From contig OZ024743.1 in assembly GCA_964016885.1 (NCBI GenBank), positions 174,716,001 to 174,780,000 of the forward strand: a stretch of 64,000 bases of DNA, read 5' to 3'. This stretch comes from Eledone cirrhosa. Taxonomy: Eukaryota. The translations under genes and the position numbers were made by a program. The notes beneath the pieces were generated by a model that was not told where the DNA came from, ran no database searches, and was given only the letters and a program-made list of their open reading frames with translations. Positions 57,001 through 64,000 of the stretch are shown here, in pieces (within the stretch, counting starts at the first letter, position 1; each line of letters starts with the position of its first letter).

Positions 57001-60000
57001 ATACTGTACCTGTTATATAGGATGTAGGTAGTCTTTGATATACTGTACCTGTTATATGAGATGTAGGAAGTCTTTGATATACTGTACTTGTTATATAGGA
57101 TGTAGGTAGTCCTTGATATACTGTACCTGTTATATAGGATGTAGGTAGTCTTTGATATACTATACCTCTTATATAGGATGTAGGTAGTCTTTGATATACT
57201 GTACCTGTTATATAGGATGTAGGTAGTCTTTGATATACTGTACCTGTTATATAGGATGTAGGTAGTCTTTGATATACTGTACCTCTTATATAGGATGTAG
57301 GTAGTCTTTGATATACTGTACCTGTTATATAGGATGTAGGTAGTCTTTGATATACTGTACCTGTTATATAGGATGTCGGTAGTCTTTGATATACTGTACC
57401 TGTTATATGACATGTAGGAAGTCTTTGATATACTGTACCTGTTATATGACATGTAGGAAGTCTTTGATATACTGTACCTTTTATATAGGATGTAGGTAGT
57501 CTTTGATATACTGTACCTGTTATATAGGATGTAGGTAGTCTTTGATATACTGTACCTGTTATATAGGATGTAGGTAGTGTTTGATATACTGTACCTGTTA
57601 CATAGGATGTATGTAGTCTTTGATATACTGTACCTGTTACATAGGTTGTAGGTAGTCTTTGATATACTGTACCTGTTATATAGGATGTAGGTAGTCTTTG
57701 ATATACTGTACCTGTTATATAGGATGTAGGTAGTCTTTGATATAATGTACCTGTTATATAGGATGTAGATAGTCTTTGATATACTGTACCTGTTATATAG
57801 GATGTAGGTAGTCTTTGATATACTGTACCTGTTATATAGGATGTCGGTAGTCTTTGATATACTGTACCTGTTATATAGGATGTAGGTAGTCTTTGCTATA
57901 CTCTACCTGTTATATATGATGTAGGTAGTCTTTGATATACTGTACCTGTTATATAGGATGTATGTAGTCTTTGATATACTGTACCTGTTATATAGGATGT
58001 AGGTAGTCTTTGATATACTGTACCTGTTATATAGGATGTAGGTAGTCTTTGATATACTGTACCTGTTATATAGGATGTCGGTAGTCTTTGATATACTGTA
58101 CCTGTTATATAGGGTGTAGGTAGTCATTGATATACTGTACCTGTTATATATGATGTAGGTAGTCTTTGATATACTGTACCTGTTATATAGGATGTAGGTA
58201 GTCTTTGATATACTGTACCTGTTATATAGGATGTAGGTAGTCTTTGATATACTGTACCTGTTATATAGGATGTAGGTAGTCTTTGATATACTGTACCTGT
58301 TATATAGGATGTAGGTAGTCTTTGATATACTGTACCTGTTATATAGGATGTAGGTAGTGTTTGATATACTCTACATGTTATATAGGATGTAGGTAGTCTT
58401 TGATATACTGTACCTGTTACATAGGATGTAGGTAGTCTTTGATATACTGTACCTGTTACATAGGATGTAGGTAGTCTTTCATATACTGTACCTGTTATAT
58501 AGGATGTAGGTAGTCTTTGATATACTGTACCTGTTATATAGGATGTAGGTAGTCTTTGATATACTGTACCTATTATATAGGATGTAGGTAGTCTTTGATA
58601 TACTGTACCTGTTATATAGGATGTAGGTAGTCTTTGATATACTGTACCTGTTATATAGGATGTAGGTAGTCTTTGATATACTGTACCTGTTATATAGGAT
58701 GTAGGTAGTCTTTGATATACTGTACCTATTATATAGGATGTAGGTAGTCTTTGATATACTGTACCTGTTATATAGGATGTAGGTAGTCTTTGATATACTG
58801 TACCTGTTATATAGGATGTAGGTAGTCTTTGATATACTGTACCTGTTATATAGGATGTAGGTAGTGTTTGATATACTGTACCTGTTATATAGGATGTAGG
58901 TAGTCTTTGATATACTGTACCTGTTATATGAGATATAGGAAGTCTTTGATATACTGTACCTGTTATATAGGATGTCGGTAGTCTTTGATATACTGTACCT
59001 GTTATATGAAATGTAGGAAGTCTTTGATATACTGTACCTGTTATATAGGATGTAATTAGTCTTTGATATACTGTACCTGTTATATAGGATGTCGGTAGTC
59101 TTTGATATACTGTACCTGTTATATAGGATGTAGGTAGTCTTTGATATACTGTACCTGTTATATAGGATGTAGGTAGTCTTTGATATACTGTACCTGTTAT
59201 ATAGGATGTAGGTAGTCTTTGATATACTGTACTTGTTATATAGGATGTAGGTAGTCTTTGATATACTATACCTGTTATATAGGATGTAGTCTTTGATATA
59301 CTGTACCTGTTATATAGGATGTAGGTAGTCTTTGATATACTGTACCTGTTATATGAGATGTAGGAAGTCTTTGATATACTGTACTTGTTATATAGGATGT
59401 AGGTAGTGTTTGATATACTGTACCTGTTATATAGGATGTAGGTAGTCTTTGATATACTGTACCTGTTATATAGGATGTAGGTAGTCTTTGATATACTGTA
59501 CCTGTTATATAGGATGTAGGTAGTCTTTGATATACTGTACCTGTTATATAGGATGTAGGTAGTCTTTGATATACTGTACCTGTTATATAGGATGTAGGTA
59601 GTGTTTGATATACTGTACCTGTTATATAGGATGTAGGTAGTCTTTGATATACTTTACCTGTTATATAGGATGTAGGTAGTCTTTGATATACTGTACCTGT
59701 TATATAGGATGTAGGTAGTCTTTGATATACTGTACCTGTTATATAGGATGTAGGTAGTCTTTGATATACTGTACCTGTTATATAGGATGTAGGTAGTCTT
59801 TGATATACTGTACCTGTTATATAGGATGTAGGTAGTCTTTGATATACTGTACCTGTTATATGAGATGTAGGAAGTCTTTGATATACTCTACCTGTTATAT
59901 GAGATGTAGGAAGTCTTTGATATGCTGTACCTGTTATATAGGATGTAGGTAGTCTTTGATATACTGTACCTGTTATATAGGATGTAGGTAGTCTTTGATA

Positions 60001-63000
60001 TACTGTACCTGTTATATAGGATGTAGGTAGTCTTTGATATACTGTACCTGTTATATAGGATGTAGGTAGTCTTTGATATACTGTACCTGTTATATAGAAT
60101 GTAGGTAGTCTTTGATATACTGTACCTGTTATATAGGATGTAGGTAGTCTTTGATATACTGTACCTGTTACAGAGGATGTAGGTAGTCTTTGATATACTG
60201 TACCTGTTATATAGGATGTAGGTAGTCTTTGATATACTGTACCTGTTATATAGGATGTAGGTAGTCTTTGATATACTGTACCTGTTATATAGGATGTAGG
60301 TAGTCTTTGATATACTGTACCTGTTATATAGGATGTAGGTAGTCTTTGATATACTATACCTGTTATATAGGATGTAGTCTTTGATATACTGTACCTGTTA
60401 TATAGGATGTAGGTAGTCTTTGATATACTGTACCTGTTATATGAGATGTAGGAAGTCTTTGATATACTGTACTTGTTATATAGGATGTAGGTAGTGTTTG
60501 ATATACTGTACCTGTTATATAGGATGTAGGTAGTCTTTGATATACTGTACCTGTTATATAGGATGTAGGTAGTCTTTGATATACTGTACCTGTTATATAG
60601 GATGTAGGTAGTGTTTGATATACTGTACCTGTTATATAGGATGTAGGTAGTCTTTGATATACTTTACCTGTTATATAGGATGTAGGTAGTCTTTGATATA
60701 CTGTACCTGTTATATAGGATGTAGGTAGTCTTTGATATACTGTACCTGTTATATAGGATGTAGGTAGTCTTTGATATACTGTACCTGTTATATAGGATGT
60801 AGGTAGTGTTTGATATACTGTACCTGTTATATAGGATGTAGGTAGTCTTTGATATACTGTACCTGTTATATGAGATGTAGGAAGTCTTTGATATACTCTA
60901 CCTGTTATATGAGATGTAGGAAGTCTTTGATATGCTGTACCTGTTATATAGGATGTAGGTAGTCTTTGATATACTGTACCTGTTATATAGGATGTAGGTA
61001 GTCTTTGATATACTGTACCTGTTATATAGGATGTAGGTAGTCTTTGATATACTGTACCTGTTATATAGGATGTAGGTAGTCTTTGATATACTGTACCTGT
61101 TATATAGGATGTAGGTAGTCTTTGATATACTGTACCTGTTATATAGGATGTAGGTAGTCTTTGATATACTGTACCTGTTACAGAGGATGTAGGTAGTCTT
61201 TGATATACTGTACCTGTTATATAGGATGTAGGTAGTCTTTGATATACTGTACCTGTTATATAGGATGTAGGTAGTCTTTGATATACTGTACCTGTTATAT
61301 AGGATGTAGGTAGTCTTTGATATACTGTACCTGTTATATAGGATGTAGGTAGTCTTTGATATACTGTACCTGTTATATAGGATGTAGGTAGTCTTTGATA
61401 TACTGTACCTGTTATATAGGATGTAGGTAGTCTTTGATATACTGTACCTGTTATATAGGATGTAGGTAGTCTTTGATATACTGTACCTGTTATATAGGAT
61501 GTAGGTAGTCTTTGATATACTGTACCTGTTATATAGGATGTAGGTAGTCTTTGATATACTGTACCTGTTATATAGGATGTAGGTAGTCTTTGATATACTG
61601 TACATGTTATATAGGATGTAGGTAGCCTTTGATATACTGTACCTGTTACATAGGATGTAGGTAGTCTTTGATATACTGTACCTGTTACATAGGATGTAGG
61701 TAGTCTTTCATATACTGTACCTGTTATATAGGATGTAGGTAGTCTTTGATATACTGTACCTGTTATATCGGATGTAGGTAGTCTTTGATATACTGTACCT
61801 ATTATATAGGATGTAGGTAGTCTTTGATATACTGTACCTGTTATATAGGATGTAGGTAGTCTTTGATATACTGTACCTGTTATATAGGATGTAGGTAGTC
61901 TTTGATATACTGTACCTGTTATATAGGATGTAGGTAGTCTTTGATATACTGTACCTGTTATATAGGATGTAGGTAGTCTTTGAAATACTGTACCTATTAT
62001 ATGAGATGTAGGAAGTCTTTCATATACTGTACCTGTTATATAGGATGTAGGTAGTCTTTGATATACTGTACCTGTTATATAGGATGTAGGTAGTCTTTGA
62101 TACACTGTACCTGTTAAATAGGATGTAGGTAGTCTTTGATATACTGTACCTGTTATATAGGATGTTGGTAGTCTTTGATATACTGTACCTGTTATATAGG
62201 ATGTAGGTAGTCTTTGATATACTGTACCTGTTATATAGGATATAGGTAGTCTTTGATATACTGTACCTGTTATATAGGATGTAGGTAGTGTTTGATATAC
62301 TGTACCTGTTACATAGGATGTAGGTAGTCTTTGATATACTGTACCTGTTATACAGGATGTATGTAGTCTTTGGTATACTGTACCTGTTACATAGGATGTA
62401 GGTAGTCTTTGATATACTGTACCTGTTATATAGGATGTAGGTAGTCTTTGATATACTGTACCTGTTATATAGGATGTAGGTAGTCTTTGATATACTGTAC
62501 CTGTTATATAGGATGTAGGTAGTCTTTGATATACTGTAGCTGTTATATAGGATATAGGTAGTCTTTGATATACTGTACCTGTTATATAGGATGTAGGTAG
62601 TCTTTGATATACTGTACCTGTTATATAGGATGTAGGTAGTCTTTGATATACTGTACCTGTTATATAGGATGTAGGTAGTCTTTGATATACTGTACCTGTT
62701 ATATAGGATGTAGGTAGTCTTTGATATACTGTACCTGTTATATAGGATGTAGGTAGTCTTTGATATATTGTACCTATTATATGAGATGTAGGAAGTTTTT
62801 GATATACTGTACCTGTTATATAGGATGTAGGTAGTCTTTGATATACTGTACCTGTTATATAGGATGTAGGTAGTCTTTGATATACTATACCTGTTATATA
62901 GGATGTAGTCTTTGATATACTGTACCTGTTATATAGGATGTAGGTAGTCTTTGATATACTGTACCTGTTATATGAGATGTAGGAAGTCTTTGATATACTG

Positions 63001-64000
63001 TACTTGTTATATAGGATGTAGGTAGTCCTTGATATACTGTACCTGTTATATAGGATGTAGGTAGTCTTTGATATACTATACCTCTTATATAGGATGTAGG
63101 TAGTCTTTGATATACTGTACCTGTTATATAGGATGTAGGTAGTCTTTGATATACTGTACCTGTTATATAGGATGTAGGTAGTCTTTGATATACTGTACCT
63201 CTTATATAGGATGTAGGTAGTCTTTGATATACTGTACCTGTTATATAGGATGTAGGTAGTCTTTGATATACTGTACCTGTTATATAGGATGTCGGTAGTC
63301 TTTGATATACTGTACCTGTTATATGACATGTAGGAAGTCTTTGATATACTGTACCTGTTATATGACATGTAGGAAGTCTTTGATATACTGTACCTTTTAT
63401 ATAGGATGTAGGTAGTCTTTGATATACTGTACCTGTTATATAGGATGTAGGTAGTCTTTGATATACTGTACCTGTTATATAGGATGTAGGTAGTGTTTGA
63501 TATACTGTACCTGTTACATAGGATGTATGTAGTCTTTGATATACTGTACCTGTTACATAGGTTGTAGGTAGTCTTTGATATACTGTACCTGTTATATAGG
63601 ATGTAGGTAGTCTTTGATATACTGTACCTGTTATATAGGATGTAGGTAGTCTTTGATATAATGTACCTGTTATATAGGATGTAGATAGTCTTTGATATAC
63701 TGTACCTGTTATATAGGATGTAGGTAGTCTTTGATATACTGTACCTGTTATATAGGATGTCGGTAGTCTTTGATATACTGTACCTGTTATATAGGATGTA
63801 GGTAGTCTTTGCTATACTCTACCTGTTATATATGATGTAGGTAGTCTTTGATATACTGTACCTGTTATATAGGATGTATGTAGTCTTTGATATACTGTAC
63901 CTGTTATATAGGATGTAGGTAGTCTTTGATATACTGTACCTGTTATATAGGATGTAGGTAGTCTTTGATATACTGTACCTGTTATATAGGATGTCGGTAG
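54020..64000. repeat. Two-copy higher-order repeat, offset 4902 then 5916 bp (126 then 152 monomers); second copy truncated by the window end
   Basis: TAGAATG at ~55195/60097; ORF ends at 55461/60363 and ORF starts at 57452/63368; GATACAC at 56187/62103; TAGCTG, ATTGTACCTA, TGACATG and TTTGCTATAC occur in both copies. Confidence 0.9.

Larger units (their letters stand above)
1..64000. repeat. 39-bp tandem satellite/minisatellite array, consensus ACCTGTTATATAGGATGTAGGTAGTCTTTGATATACTGT, about 1,640 head-to-tail copies, truncated by both window ends
   Basis: The monomer is readable throughout. Most units are exact consensus and the rest usually carry 1-4 substitutions or small indels, giving 35-, 38- and 40-bp units. 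The consensus has 10 A, 4 C, 9 G and 16 T, no CpG, and one GTAC and one GGATG per unit. No non-repeat interruption or orientation switch was seen. Confidence 0.99.
34001..64000. repeat. Right sub-array (variant domain R)
   Basis: Diagnostic variants CTTTCATATA (first at 35397), TTACAGAGG (~35025), ATACTTTACC (~34430), ATACTCTACC (~34663), ATATCGGATG (~39037), TTTGAAATAC (~39252) and CCTGCTATA. Runs of pure consensus are longer here. Confidence 0.8.

Noticed and set aside
4405-63368. All listed minus-strand ORFs as protein-coding genes
   Set aside because: They are pure translations of the 39-bp unit. Start codons come from sporadic variants, there are no unique N- or C-terminal domains, overlapping frames are equally open, many variants are non-synonymous, and about 33 amplified 4-bp deletions plus 1-bp indels break the frame.
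1-64000. CRISPR array or other repeat-spacer system
   Set aside because: The unit length is CRISPR-like, but units abut directly with no unique spacers, leader or cas genes.
1-64000. Canonical telomerase-made telomere or G-quadruplex array
   Set aside because: The unit is 39 bp, there is no TTAGG(G) tandem, the consensus has only GG runs, and variants are inherited in long copied strings.
1-64000. Promoter or splice signals (TATATA, AGGTAG, minus-strand CAGGTA) in each monomer
   Set aside because: These short motifs are expected in an AT-rich unit and are repeated about 1,640 times with no gene context, so nothing supports function.
1-64000. Nucleosome-length periodicity (4x39=156 or 5x39=195 bp)
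   Set aside because: Observed duplication sizes (8, 9, 11, 12, 14, 27, 73, 81, 86 monomers and others) show no consistent multiple of 4 or 5.
1-64000. Diversity-generating cassette system or a deliberate code in the variant order
   Set aside because: No recombinase, reverse transcriptase or expression site is present, and the variant order is adequately explained by point mutation plus nested duplication.
1-64000. Assignment to a host taxon or named satellite family
   Set aside because: I do not recognise the monomer and there is no flanking sequence. A database search is required.

Overview
The whole 64 kb window is one uninterrupted, head-to-tail tandem array (satellite/minisatellite) of a 39-bp monomer, consensus ACCTGTTATATAGGATGTAGGTAGTCTTTGATATACTGT. 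That is about 1,640 copies at about 33% GC, all in one orientation, and the array runs off both ends. I saw no unique sequence, inversion, transposon insertion, RNA gene or credible protein-coding gene. The minus-strand ORFs are a by-product of a 13-codon monomer that lacks stops in two frames, and they are broken by recurrent -4, -1 and +1 indels. The information lies in the order of variant monomers. Fixed multi-monomer modules are embedded in nested, locally restricted duplications of about 8 to 152 monomers, and no single higher-order period holds across the array. The variant vocabulary changes at about 34 kb. The host cannot be identified from the sequence, although the organisation is typical of eukaryotic satellite DNA. 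All offsets were counted by hand from marker variants, and block boundaries are approximate.
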